64,000 nucleotides of DNA. Source: Calcarisporiella thermophila CBS 279.70. Taxonomy: Eukaryota > Fungi > Calcarisporiellomycota. The notes under the pieces are model-generated. The model saw only the letters and a program-made list of their open reading frames with translations, did no database searches and was not told where the DNA came from. Location of the stretch: assembly GCF_041956535.1 (NCBI RefSeq), contig NW_027192194.1:1282567-1346566 (forward strand), written 5' to 3'. Numbering within the stretch: the stretch's first letter is position 1; each line of letters opens with the position of its first letter. Positions 50,485 through 61,539 of the stretch are shown piece by piece. Made by a program: the position numbers and the translations under genes.

Positions 50485-51093
50485 ATGCGTTTAGTTTTGT
50501 ATGTCGGAGTCTTAATCCTCGGGTATGCAGGTGTTTATGCCCAAGATTACAGCAAACTGGTTCCATTGCCAGGAAATCTAGGGGTCCAAAACGGATTAAC
50601 TTACTGCCCTCCTAATATTATAACTTCCATTCTTGGCACTCCTTGTACTCTAAAGCCAGATTGTTCCCCTGTCACTAATCCAAAAGTAAAGAGACTTCTT
50701 GTAACAGGAAAAGTCGGCCATATAACTCTCTATGGTTTAAAGCCAGCTATTGAGGCAGCTGTTCGAGCACTCGTTAATGTTCAAAAGGAAAAGCCAGATC
50801 TATTCAAAGCCCTTGGGTATTCAGGAATGCTATGCTGTCGCCTAATCCGTGGATCTTCCACAAGTCCATCCAATCACTCCTGGGGGACAGCCATTGATTT
50901 TAACATTAATGGTAAACTTGATCCACGGGGAGACGGTAAAACTCAGCAAGGTATGCTTGAGCTCTATCCCTATTTTAACAAAGAAGGTTTTTACTGGGGT
51001 GGAGGATTTAGCAGTGCATCTGAGGACAGCATGCATTTTGAGGTCGCAGAACAAACACTTCGTCGCTGGCAAAGTGAAGGAAAGTTCGACTAG
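50485..51093 (+). CDS. Secreted M15-family zinc peptidase (D-Ala-D-Ala carboxypeptidase / L-Ala-D-Glu peptidase type), bacterial-like
   Basis: Signal peptide MRLVLYVGVLILGYAGVYA; R...SNHSWGTAID (SxHxxGxAxD), FYWGG and DSMHFEV zinc motifs. Intronless, with tataaata about 85 nt upstream. Confidence 0.85.
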   Translation: MRLVLYVGVLILGYAGVYAQDYSKLVPLPGNLGVQNGLTYCPPNIITSILGTPCTLKPDCSPVTNPKVKRLLVTGKVGHITLYGLKPAIEAAVRALVNVQKEKPDLFKALGYSGMLCCRLIRGSSTSPSNHSWGTAIDFNINGKLDPRGDGKTQQGMLELYPYFNKEGFYWGGGFSSASEDSMHFEVAEQTLRRWQSEGKFD

Positions 51094-51419
51094 CTTCAAT
51101 ATTTAATTTATAAATAGTTGGTGCTTTAAATATTTTAATCAGCAGTCTATTTTTTCCTAGTACAATAAATGTCTTAATATAATGCGCAAATTCAAATTGT
51201 GGTAAATGATGATTCAATTCAGTCTAAATACAAAAATATACATAATAATAATTAAATGAACCTATATGCTAAGAGAGGACACTAGGATTCATAAATGCCT
51301 AAAATCCTAGTATAGTCCCAGTATCCGGGCCAGATCGGATAAATACCAAGAAGTTGAATCCAGCAATGTATCCAGTGAAGCTACAAGATCTTGATTCTTC
51401 TAATAAAATTGGCATGAAT

Positions 51420-52125
51420 GATGGTTAAGAATAGCAAAGAGTAATGATTTTAATTGGGAAGAGTTTTAGTCAATTTAAACGCATTTATTGATCCATAATA
51501 CTTCAAAGACTCTAGGTGGTCTTCAGAAAAAATAGTACAATATGCAGCATTAAGCTCTCCATCGATACGGCGCAGATTTCCAGTCCCATGATCAATTACA
51601 CAACCTCACAACAAAAATTCATTTCATGCCTGTTTTAATGTGGGCTGAATATATCTAATACGAAGCGGTTCTCCTTTACGCTTGTAGTAGTATTGATTTC
51701 TTATTGCATTCGTGACATTAATTTTTGGAACATTTCCAATCTTCCACAGTCCAATTTAAATGCTTTCTCGCAAACTTCAGGTGCCATCTACGGTGCGCAG
51801 CTAAGAGAAGAGGCTTTTTTGGGCGCGCTCGAGTCAGTACCTCTTCTATATGGATTACCCTCCTCACGGTATCAAAGGTCAATACTGTTGATTCCTCTTT
51901 GAAAATCCTTCTCACATCGGTTGAGTTTTTTGCGCTGACCCGAAGTCACCAATGTTTCTATCTTTCTCTCTTACTCAAAATACGAAGGCGACAAGCGGGT
52001 CGCTTTTAAGATCGGGGCGTCGCCTTACTTCTTATCTTACTCTCTTAGCTGCTGTAGTGAAATGAATGTCCAATGCATCGGCGAGTTGATAAAAAGCTTT
52101 TCCCTCATTTGCGAAATGAATAATG
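51420..52125 (-). mobile_element. Degenerate Tc1/mariner transposase relic
   Basis: RARPKKPLLLAAHRRWHLKFARKHLNWTVEDWK is the typical Tc1 HTH-to-DDE linker. Stops and frameshifts on both sides; ends approximate; no TIRs identified. Confidence 0.75.
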
Positions 52126-52485
52126 CTAGCGCAGACCGATTTTGTTTAAAAAACACAAGTAGTGGTTAAGTTGTTTTAATAAACAAGAAAAGAGAGAAAA
52201 GCATCAAATAGATGAACAAAGAGCATCAAATTTACAAAAATATTTTATTATCCAAAACACAGCAATATACAGATATTCACTTTTTCAAATTCAGTACCCC
52301 GGTAAACCAGTTTTCTTTCTTTAAGCCAGGATGGCACATACCTCTGAAAATAGTGTAGGAGTTGTAGTTTTTTCTCAACAAATTTTCACTGTTCCTCTGA
52401 AAAATCATTTAATATCAAATATTACCAAAGGTCGAAGATATATTACTGCGGTTGAGCTGGAGGTTAAGATTTCACCGTTCTCACT

Positions 52486-52836
52486 TCAGTAGCACCTGTT
52501 GTTTCCAGTGCATTTACCCCGCCAGCAGTATACCTGCTCGGCACGGCCACAATTTCTTAAGTCATGGTTTCCCGCGCCACTGATTGCCGCAACTAGCTTA
52601 CCCGCGCCTTTTATTAATTTGCACTCATTGCAGATATTGCCCGGACGAGGCCAGAGTTTCGCGCTTAAAACGCAATCATTACTGGGACCGTTGATGTCTT
52701 TCCAACCCTCTTGGTTTACGCAGCGAAGGAAAGTTTTACCGTTGCAAGCCGTGAACTCCACGGAAATTTGATCGTCTGTGCATGCTGCTGCGACAGAAGT
52801 CAGGAAAGGAATGATAATAAATAGCGAGAGTTTCAT
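52486..52836 (-). CDS. Secreted 10-Cys protein, family member 1
   Basis: Signal peptide plus ACTDD...FTACNG..F.RCV...INGP.NDC...PRPG..C..C.L...GAG.H.LR.C.RA....C....C.....C, shared with three neighbours. Confidence 0.88.
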   Translation of the reverse strand: MKLSLFIIIPFLTSVAAACTDDQISVEFTACNGKTFLRCVNQEGWKDINGPSNDCVLSAKLWPRPGNICNECKLIKGAGKLVAAISGAGNHDLRNCGRAEQVYCWRGKCTGNNRCY

Positions 52837-53849
52837 CTCTTGATTTATTCGTAGAATCAGTCGAAATTGAGACAGCTACATGAAGTAATTCACAAAATTA
52901 ATCAGATATTGCTAATTGCAGTCAATATACTTGATATGCCCCAGTGACGAAGGCTACCTACTAAGTAATGGTCTTCAAAGAATATAACGCCTACTTTGCT
53001 TTTGATTTCGAGCTTATAACTACCTCCAATGTTGCACAAAGACTCATCGTTACCATGTCACAAAAGAATTCAGACGAGAGTGTAACGTTGGCTTACGTAA
53101 ATCTAACAGGTGCACCTGGTGCACTAACAAAGTGAACAAGGATCAGTTGCGGTCTCATTAGTTGATACACTACAACCGCGAGAATCGGAATTCCAGAAAT
53201 ATTAAAAAATTAACAAGATATCATAGCATCATTCAATGCTAGGAATATTTCCTTTATTGATGAATAAGGCAAAATGCACGATGACTACATGGATACACAA
53301 GCAATAATTAGTTATCCATATCTTCTTCTACTTTTTAATCTTATTTTATACGGTAACAGAAGAAGCCACTTGTGCAACGTTGATCCTAGTTGATATAGCT
53401 TCTTCCCTCGCACGACATATTCATTTGCGCGACATTCTCATTGACCTCGCTATTTTTATTTGAAAGGGTCAGCCTAATTCGATTGGTTATTACATCCCTG
53501 GTAAAATATTTTACTTTGTAGCTAGCTATGTTTATTAGCAGAGTATTACAAATAGTAATCGTAGACTGTTGACCACAACAGTTTGCGTTGCGATGAAATT
53601 GTGAATTGATACAATATGTGAGCAGCCAATTATTTGGCCTATCACGCATAAGCTACGCTTGCGCTAGGCTTTGCAGAAGAAAGACAGTAGTTCGGATGCA
53701 AAAAATAGAGAGAAGCATAATATTCTGTTTATTATTTTGGTTCGATTATAATGCGGTTGATATTTTCTTAGTAAATAAAAAGATAGGATAATATCATACT
53801 TGTACAAACACCATTGCTGTCGAATGGCTAACATGATTATTCCTAATTA

Positions 53850-54209
53850 TTAATCATTATGGCATTGATTTCCAGCTACTCCACATCGTGTGCGCCCACA
53901 GTACACACTGTGTGCCCTCTTGCAACTGCGAAGATGCTTATGATCTCCTGCTCCCTCGAAAACGGCCACAACATTATTCCCATTCTTGAGTGAGCACGCA
54001 TTACAGATTGATCCTGGTCTCGGCCAAAGCCTCGCGCTCAAGACACAGTCGTTGCCGGGGCCATTGATTGCCACAGTGGCACCTTGATTCACACACCTCC
54101 TAAACTTACTGCCATTACAAGCCGTGAACTCGACAGTAACTTGGTCGTCACTACAGGCCGAACAAACAGTTGCAAGGGCGCATACAACGAGAGCGATGAT
54201 AAATTTCAT
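53850..54209 (-). CDS. Secreted 10-Cys protein, family member 2
   Basis: Same signal peptide and 10-Cys framework; closest to member 1 (VEFTACNG, DCVLSA.LWPRPG). Confidence 0.88.
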   Translation of the reverse strand: MKFIIALVVCALATVCSACSDDQVTVEFTACNGSKFRRCVNQGATVAINGPGNDCVLSARLWPRPGSICNACSLKNGNNVVAVFEGAGDHKHLRSCKRAHSVYCGRTRCGVAGNQCHND

Positions 54210-54899
54210 TGTTGTAACGGCTGATTACTATTGTTGAAAAGTGAGTTTAGAGAGGAATAGAAGATTAATCAGAGCTAATCTAACCTAAATGGCAATACCT
54301 GCTCTTTTATATGGGGCTCAGGGACATAATTATTGGATATAATACAAACATATTATAAAATCGACACAGCCTCTTGGGTTGACTGTACGATATCATTAGA
54401 TGATTTGTAAGTATAGGAAAAATTGTGGGAAAATGCTATTTACATCCCGTTCAATAATCTTTTTTGTGGCGGAATCAGTGGGTTCTACAAGAGAACAACT
54501 TTAACGATTTCCAATTTAGATTTTAAGATTTTTGGACCAATATGGCTACAATTAGTCATATCCAAGAAACTTTAAAATGAAGAAAAAGTTTAGTATGTAA
54601 CAACACACAAGTTTCCTGCGATATGGATCAATATATCAGGAATTCTATGATATTAAAAGTTCTATTTTTAGGTGACTAGAATCGCTTAGTTATCAGTTTA
54701 AAGACTGTAATTTTGGTTTTTTATTAAATATTTTTCGAGCAATGCAAGATAATTTTCCAGGTGATAAGTTTAATAACTAGTCAAATTCACCAATTCTTAT
54801 TATCTTCTTATATCGAAATATACTACTATGATATTATATTTGTGTAACGCGATTAAGTTCTTACCTGCGAGCTTGCTATATAATGCAGCAAGGTTAATT

Positions 54900-55215
54900 G
54901 CGATTATTATAGTTGTACGCTTTAACGTAATTATATTAACGTTGCTGTATTTATCCTATCGTAAAGGCGAGTAGATAAGATTTCATGTGTGAGGGATGAA
55001 GAATAGTGATAGAGATTCGCCGTTTCAAAAATCCTTGCAATCACCAAATAGGACAGTAAAATCTTAAAAAGATAAGGGAGAAATTATTGGAGTCATCATG
55101 TTAGTTAAATAAACTAATATTATTAGACAATAGCTCAACCTTATATTGATCTCCTTTTTTCTATCTAAAAGCTCTCTTTATTTAATACTCGCTTTACTTT
55201 TATATAATTTTATTA
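54900..55215. repeat. Degenerate inverted repeat, left arm (partner 56345-56680)
   Basis: ctccttttttctatctaaaa here versus ttttagatagaaaaagggga in the partner; tcctatcgtaaaggcgagtagataagatttca versus tgaaatcttatttatttacccttacgttagga. Confidence 0.65.
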
Positions 55216-56035
55216 TCGCACCCTTAACATCACCATCTTAATCTTTGTATATATGCTTCAGTATCTCTGCTTAATTTGCTTTGGGCATTTTTTCTCTACT
55301 GAAATAGGCTTCTTTCTTGGAATCGTTTAAGTATATCAGCCTTTAACAGGCCCCGGAATTGTTACAATCATGTTTTGAAGCTTAACTTTATGCAATTTTC
55401 CAAAATATACAGTATATACTTGAATACAGTAGTAAATAAAATGAGTAAGCAAATGAAAAATATCAATATATTAGTCTGCCAAATTTAGAAGCATGCATCT
55501 TCTCAGCCTAGCCTCTTATGCTTTGATTAGTTGGGAATATATGAATTATGGTAAGGTTTAAAAGAGTCCGATATGTCCTATCCTTGTAATTAATAGTTAT
55601 ATACAATCTTATCTCCTGTATGTGATGTGCGCTGATAAACTGTCCTGTTACATCCCCCCTCCTCTTTGGAAAATACTGGCGCGGTGCTAATTAAGTAGGA
55701 GTTTTCTTCTAGCAGTTATTAATAATGCTAGTAGATAATACAGCAAATCCTTTATCAGGGTAGTATGGAATGTAATGAATAAAAGAGCAAAAGTATTCAA
55801 TGTAAATGAAACCATAGAAAAAAAGTAAAGATATATAAACCAAATGAGTTCTCTAAAATGAGCCCTAAATGATATATTTATACTTGTTGTGCACTAATTT
55901 AATATTGAGAAAGATTATAAACGATCAAACTTTCCAGAAAAATCCTGATCAACTTTCGTTTCGTTACACTCAGAGCTTTAGATAGAGTTGATTATAGAAA
56001 TAGCATAAATGCTTTTACTGCAAGCGTGTAACATA

Positions 56036-56152
56036 TTAGACTCTCTTTAACCGTGCCACAATTACTGTCTTCCCAGATGATCTAAACATAAGAGGCTCGG
56101 CTTCTAAATATGGCGGTCAAATTAGTTGAGAGTTTTCAATGTTTACTCATTG
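56036..56152 (+). repeat. Degenerate direct repeat upstream of member 3 (partner 58397-58515)
   Basis: ttagactctc...gccac...tgtctt...taagaggctc(g/a)gcttctaaat...caaatt..ttga...ttactcattg occurs in both copies. Confidence 0.75.
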
Positions 56153-56344
56153 TGTTGTCCAACTTTTAAAAGTATATTTATTCGGTAGATTTATATTAAA
56201 GTTCAAGCTCAGGGCATGATTGTACAGTTCTGGGACTGTTAGAAGTCCAAATTCGTAATGCTTCCAAAAATGAGGCCCAATTCAATACAGAAGAGAGGAT
56301 CAAGAACAAATAATGCAAACAGATTATGATAATAAAACTTAGCA

Positions 56345-56680
56345 ATGCCTTAAAAAATTACATAAAAAAGAAAAAGAGTAAATGAGAAGAGATATTTTAG
56401 ATAGAAAAAGGGGACCGAGGTTTGGTCGAGTTACAATAATATTTTAGGACTTTTTTTTATTGACTCACTTCAACATTTTACTCTCTTATTGTACTTTACT
56501 CATGTAATCTTCTTTTATAGTTTTTACTATCCTCTTTGGAGATTTCAAGTTTTATTAATATAGCGAATCGTTATCACCTTTCACCATCTATTATACTTGA
56601 AATCTTATTTATTTACCCTTACGTTAGGAATTATTCCAATTAATGAGTTATTTACGTTGAAGTTTACAACTACTACTTTC
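56345..56680. repeat. Degenerate inverted repeat, right arm
   Basis: Reverse-complement similarity to 54900-55215. Confidence 0.65.
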
Positions 56681-56857
56681 ATAGTCAACCTTATTAAAAT
56701 AGAGTTATTCTATTTGTATGTGTAACATAAAGCAATTTTCCTCTTCGAATATCCATAGCATTTTTGTGTAACAGTCGAGTATATATATAACGTCAATCAT
56801 TTCTTCTTCATGAATCTTTACTACTTATTTTTGCACTAGCTCTTCAAAACGTGAATA

Positions 56858-57208
56858 ATGTTAAAAGCGGTTATTGCTATTATTTTATCTGCTACTGTAC
56901 TCGTTCACGCATGTACAGATTCGGAAATCACGGTGGATTTTAAAGCATGTAATGGTCAAACTTACAGACGTTGTGTTAAACAGGGACGTGAAACCCAGAT
57001 CAATGGTCCTAATGACGATTGTCTACACGGCTTAACACTGCAACCGCGCCCCGGAGATATTTGTAACATGTGTGAATTATATAACGGCCACAACATCGTC
57101 GCTTATGTAGAGGGAGGAAAATATCATAATCTACGATCCTGCCATCGAGCTCGCAGCTTTATATGTAGCAGAAAGAAATGCACGAATCATGGCGATGCCT
57201 GCTATTAA
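56858..57208 (+). CDS. Secreted 10-Cys protein, family member 3
   Basis: Same framework. Shares the MLKAV signal peptide and proximal promoter (tttgtgtaacagt...tatatata...tcatt...ttcatg) with member 4. Confidence 0.88.
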   Translation: MLKAVIAIILSATVLVHACTDSEITVDFKACNGQTYRRCVKQGRETQINGPNDDCLHGLTLQPRPGDICNMCELYNGHNIVAYVEGGKYHNLRSCHRARSFICSRKKCTNHGDACY

Positions 57209-58396
57209 CAGTCCACGCATGCTTGAACTGGTTCTGAAAATATATTCTATTTTCAAATCTCCATTGGTTCGAAATTACTTTAAGTAGGCTAAATGAAAAT
57301 GGAAAGTCATGTATCTCGGAAGTTTCGGGACACTTTGTTATTTTATACTTACATCTAAATATTTTTGACAAACAACATCCAAATAAAAACAAAATATATA
57401 TTTGAAAAACTCACTGGCGCCATTACTCTTCCATATACAATAGAATACCCGCTTCTAACTCTTGTCATGTAAAATATTTATATATTTGAAAATTTTCTTG
57501 AATCTTAGATACAGTATAGAGATTTCACATAGTGTCAACTTTTTAATCTTAACAGGGGCATTATAAAACATACATTGAAGTTTTGCATATGAACCAAATC
57601 GTTCATAAAGCAAAGAAAACATACAGGCCCGTCTGAAATTACTGTTAAAAGCTCCTTTACGATCGTAAAGAGTTGTTATAATAATTGCCGTGTCAATCGT
57701 TATAACAACTCTTCATAAAAGTAGGGTAGAAAAGTACTGTAAAAAAGCTTCAAAGTTAGAGATGTATGGTTGCTATGTTCAAAAAAATAAAATCCTGAGC
57801 TCTAGGAAGTTGAAGTTATAAAAATGCATAACTTCATTCTATCATACAGTATGATTCATAGGGCGAAAAGTTATGAAAAATTTTTTATTTCCAAAAAATT
57901 GATCACATATCTGGAAAAAATTTCTGAAATTTATTTTCTGCAGGAGATGGCTTATTTTATTTAAATGAGTCATAGAATGAAACGCCATCAAGCATATTTC
58001 TCAAATCAGTTATATTGTGGAGTGCAGTCGCATAATATTACTATTCAATCCGTTTAAAGCAAATGAAAGTTAAATATAATAGTTTTATGATTTGTAAATG
58101 CAAATGCGGAATCAAAAACTAATTATAATTTTTAACTGAGCAAATAAGTTTGTACGCGTTTGGCATGAAATCGTTTTAAACCTGGTGTAATTGAGAAACA
58201 ATCACCTTCCAGATTATTATCAACATAGAGAACGTATCATTTTCCGTATTTTTTTGGGCCAATTTGCAGCACGTATTTATTTACGAGGTTATTACTTATC
58301 CCGACTTTTTACTGGATAGATTAAAGTATGTAGAGAATAATCGAGTTTAAGTAAAATTTTCTAAAGTGAGTTAAATCGTTTGACCGACACTGTAAA

Positions 58397-58515
58397 TTAG
58401 ACTCTCCTATATCCGCGCCACGAATTATGTCTTCAAGCTGACCAAAGATTAAGAGGCTCAGCTTCTAAATTTAGGAGACAAATTGATTGAAAATTTTAAT
58501 TTTACTTACTCATTG
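58397..58515 (+). repeat. Degenerate direct repeat upstream of member 4
   Basis: Copy of 56036-56152. Confidence 0.75.
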
Positions 58516-58951
58516 AATAGAGTTCTTGCGTGTGTATTGTTTCGATAGAATTGTTATTTCATACAGCTAAACTTGTTACAATACTTTCTCTTATTATTTC
58601 TTTCTTATTTCATTTCTCTCTCAGATGGTTTCAAGAATTTTCTTTATATTTTAATATTTTGAATTATTAAGTTTTTAATTTATTCGCTAGAGTTGAAATG
58701 CAATTTATCCACTCTTGTGTTAAGAAAATTATAGAAAGCTGGGCATTAAAGATGTACAACACAATAACCACAGTTAACCTTACTACAATATATCTTCTTT
58801 GTAGAAGTGTTCATAATTGAATTATAATCTCTGAATATTCAAAGTTTGTGTAACAGTTGAACATATATATAAACATTTATCATTTTGTTTTCATGTACTT
58901 TTCCAGTTATTTATTTTAACGTCTCTAGTGACTTAAAGTATATTGATTATA

Positions 58952-59299
58952 ATGTTAAAAGCAGTCGTTGCTCTTATTTTATCCACTGTTTTTGTACACG
59001 CCTGTACAGACGCGGAAATTATGGTGCAATTCAAAGCCTGTAATGGACTTAAATTCAACCGATGTGTCAAAAAGAGAAGTGAAGTTCAGATCAATGGCCC
59101 CGGGAATGATTGCATACTCGGCCTAACAATAGTTAAACGCCCAGGTGATGTATGCGGCTATTGTAAATTGTTTAACGGCGATAACTACGTCGGTAGTGTA
59201 GAAGGAGCTGGATATCATGATCTACGTTCCTGCAATCGAGCTCATAGTATAATTTGTCAGAGTACTACATGTGAACATGTAGGCAACCATTGCGTTTAA
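58952..59299 (+). CDS. Secreted 10-Cys protein, family member 4
   Basis: Same framework; true ATG at 58952 (MLKAVVALILSTVFVHA|CTD). Confidence 0.88.
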   Translation: MLKAVVALILSTVFVHACTDAEIMVQFKACNGLKFNRCVKKRSEVQINGPGNDCILGLTIVKRPGDVCGYCKLFNGDNYVGSVEGAGYHDLRSCNRAHSIICQSTTCEHVGNHCV

Positions 59300-59829
59300 T
59301 TGTTCATGTCAGGATTTTTTAATTTGAGCTTAATTTATGTGCATTCAATTATACAGTGTATACTTGCCTCGGATATGTGTATAAATGGTTGCATAGTTTA
59401 ACTTTGAATTGCTATCCATTCCCCAAATAGAAATTCATAGGGAAAAAACATCTAAAATATTAATTTATTCCAAAAAATTGGCCACGTAGCTTGTTATTAT
59501 TTTCAAAAATTTTCAGTAAGAGGTGGCTTATTATTTTGTCTGAATTTGTTATGGATAGTTTGAGATAGGAGAGTAAGAGAAAACTCCGCTTAGTTTATTC
59601 CAAAGTCCAAAAGCCAATATATATATATGCATATAATGATGATGTCACAAATAGTCACAAGTATAAGACAAGCTGAAACTACGAAACGTAACAGAATTCA
59701 TAATTTAAATTGATACGTCATCACGAATTTCACATATTAGATGGGAGTTTTATTGGAGTCATAGAGAGGAAGAAATTGTTTCAAGGACAAACTTCAATGC
59801 TAGTGGACAGTTGAAAGTTGAGTTGCTTT

Positions 59830-61300
59830 AATACTGTATATCTCGAAATTTTTCTCTTAGTCGTGTGGTGATAATATTGGTGTCTGTGTCAATGCCTTTT
59901 TCAATTTGTTGAAAGCCTGTTGACACTTTGTCGTCCGCTTGAGATCTGTGGGGTTGCTGAGTGCTGGTCAGTGGCGCAGCAAAACTGGCGAACCCAAGTA
60001 GAATTTGCAAAGTCCCAAGAATGAACGGAACTCTGTGAATGACTTGGTTGTAGGCCACTCTGAGATCGCATCGATATTTTTCATGTCGGTCGCAATCCCT
60101 TCTCCTGATATAACGTGACCCTAAAATTCCACCGAAGTTTTGGCAAATTCGCACTTTTGCAGTTTAGCGTATAGCTTATTCTTTTGAAGGATCTCCAGTA
60201 CTTTTCGGATATGTGTCAAATGTTCCTGATAATTCTTACTGTATGTTAGAATATCGTCCAAATACACAAGAACACACTTATCCAGAAAAGGTGCAAACGT
60301 CTCATTCATTATCCTCATGAATGATGCTGGCGCGTTGCACAGTCAAAAATAAAGAACCAAATACTCGTATGATCCATAACGCGTCCTGAAGGCTGTCTTG
60401 TGTGTGTCCTCGGAAGCGACACGAATCTGGTGATAGCCTTGCTTCAGGTCTATTCGCATGAAATATTTGATACCCTGAAGTTGATCCAGCAAATCGTCAA
60501 TGCGCGGTAATGGATATCGACTCTTGATTGTTGCCTTATTAAGAGCTCGATAATCGGTGCAAGGTCGCAAAGTCCTATCACGTTTTGGTGCAAATATCAC
60601 CGGCGCTCCATATGGTGATGTAGATGGTTTGATGAATTCTTTCTCCAGCAATTCATCAATCTGTCGTTTCAACTCTTGTAGCTCTGGCTGGCTCATTCAG
60701 CATGGAGCCCTAGCTGGCGGCTCTAAGCCTGGGATGTGTTCAATCCAGTGATCCACTGCTCTTTGATAAGGCAGTTCAGCCGGCAATGATTACGGAAATA
60801 CATCCTTAAATTCATTCAATAAGCCCTATATTTCAGGAGGCGGGAGGCTGGTTTAAGGTTTTTGTTCTCCCGTATCAGTTACTACCATTACATACATTTG
60901 CTCTCCCCTTTTGAGTACACTCTTCGCTTTTATTGCTGATATGATAGAGATGCTTGGCAGTTCATTTCCTCCAGTATCGTCGATGTGCGTGAACCTGTAT
61001 TCTTTATCGTTAACTTTAAACGTTGCAATATTGGTTGGGTGGTGTACGTTAACATCACGATACGTTAGCCAATTTTTACTAAGGATAAAGCACGAGTAAC
61101 CAAGGAGAACAACACATCCTCGTCCACAAATTTTGGAAATCCCAGTTTGGCAATTTCCCAAGGCTCTAAGGCTTTAGAGGAATGCTCCTCAAAAGTTGAC
61201 GGCTCAGTGCTTTCCAATATGGTGGATCTGTGCGGCGTTATGAACCAACGTTGTGCTACAGTATCTCCGATTCATAGATCATATCCTTGCCTTGCTTTTT
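59830..61300 (-). mobile_element. Ty3/Gypsy LTR retrotransposon pol relic (protease to RT), frameshifted
   Basis: [62 protein letters not shown] and VYLDDIL (YxDD). Multiple stops and frameshifts; no LTRs seen. Confidence 0.92.
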
Positions 61301-61539
61301 ACGAAAAGAAAAAATGTGAGCACACGGTAGATTATATTGCTTCACCCAGCGCAGACTGATATATGACTGTCGTGTGATATTGGATAGTATTTTTCTATAT
61401 TAAAATAAAGTGATTAATTACTATCTTCTCCTGTTCACTATAACACTATAATAACAAACTTTGCTGCTGCTGATCAAATATAATCCACCTTTTTCGACGA
61501 GATAAAAATCCTCTATACGGTGATATTGTTCAATAAGTT

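Noticed and set aside
45559-51093. Bacterial contaminant contig or operon
   Set aside because: The genes are separated by kilobases of AT-rich non-coding DNA, have TATA-like upstream elements and secretion signals, and are interleaved with eukaryotic TEs and small Cys-rich genes. There is no operon structure.
54278-54290. ctaacctaa as a possible telomerase RNA template or internal telomere seed
   Set aside because: A single 9-nt match in the promoter/5' region of a protein gene, as expected by chance.
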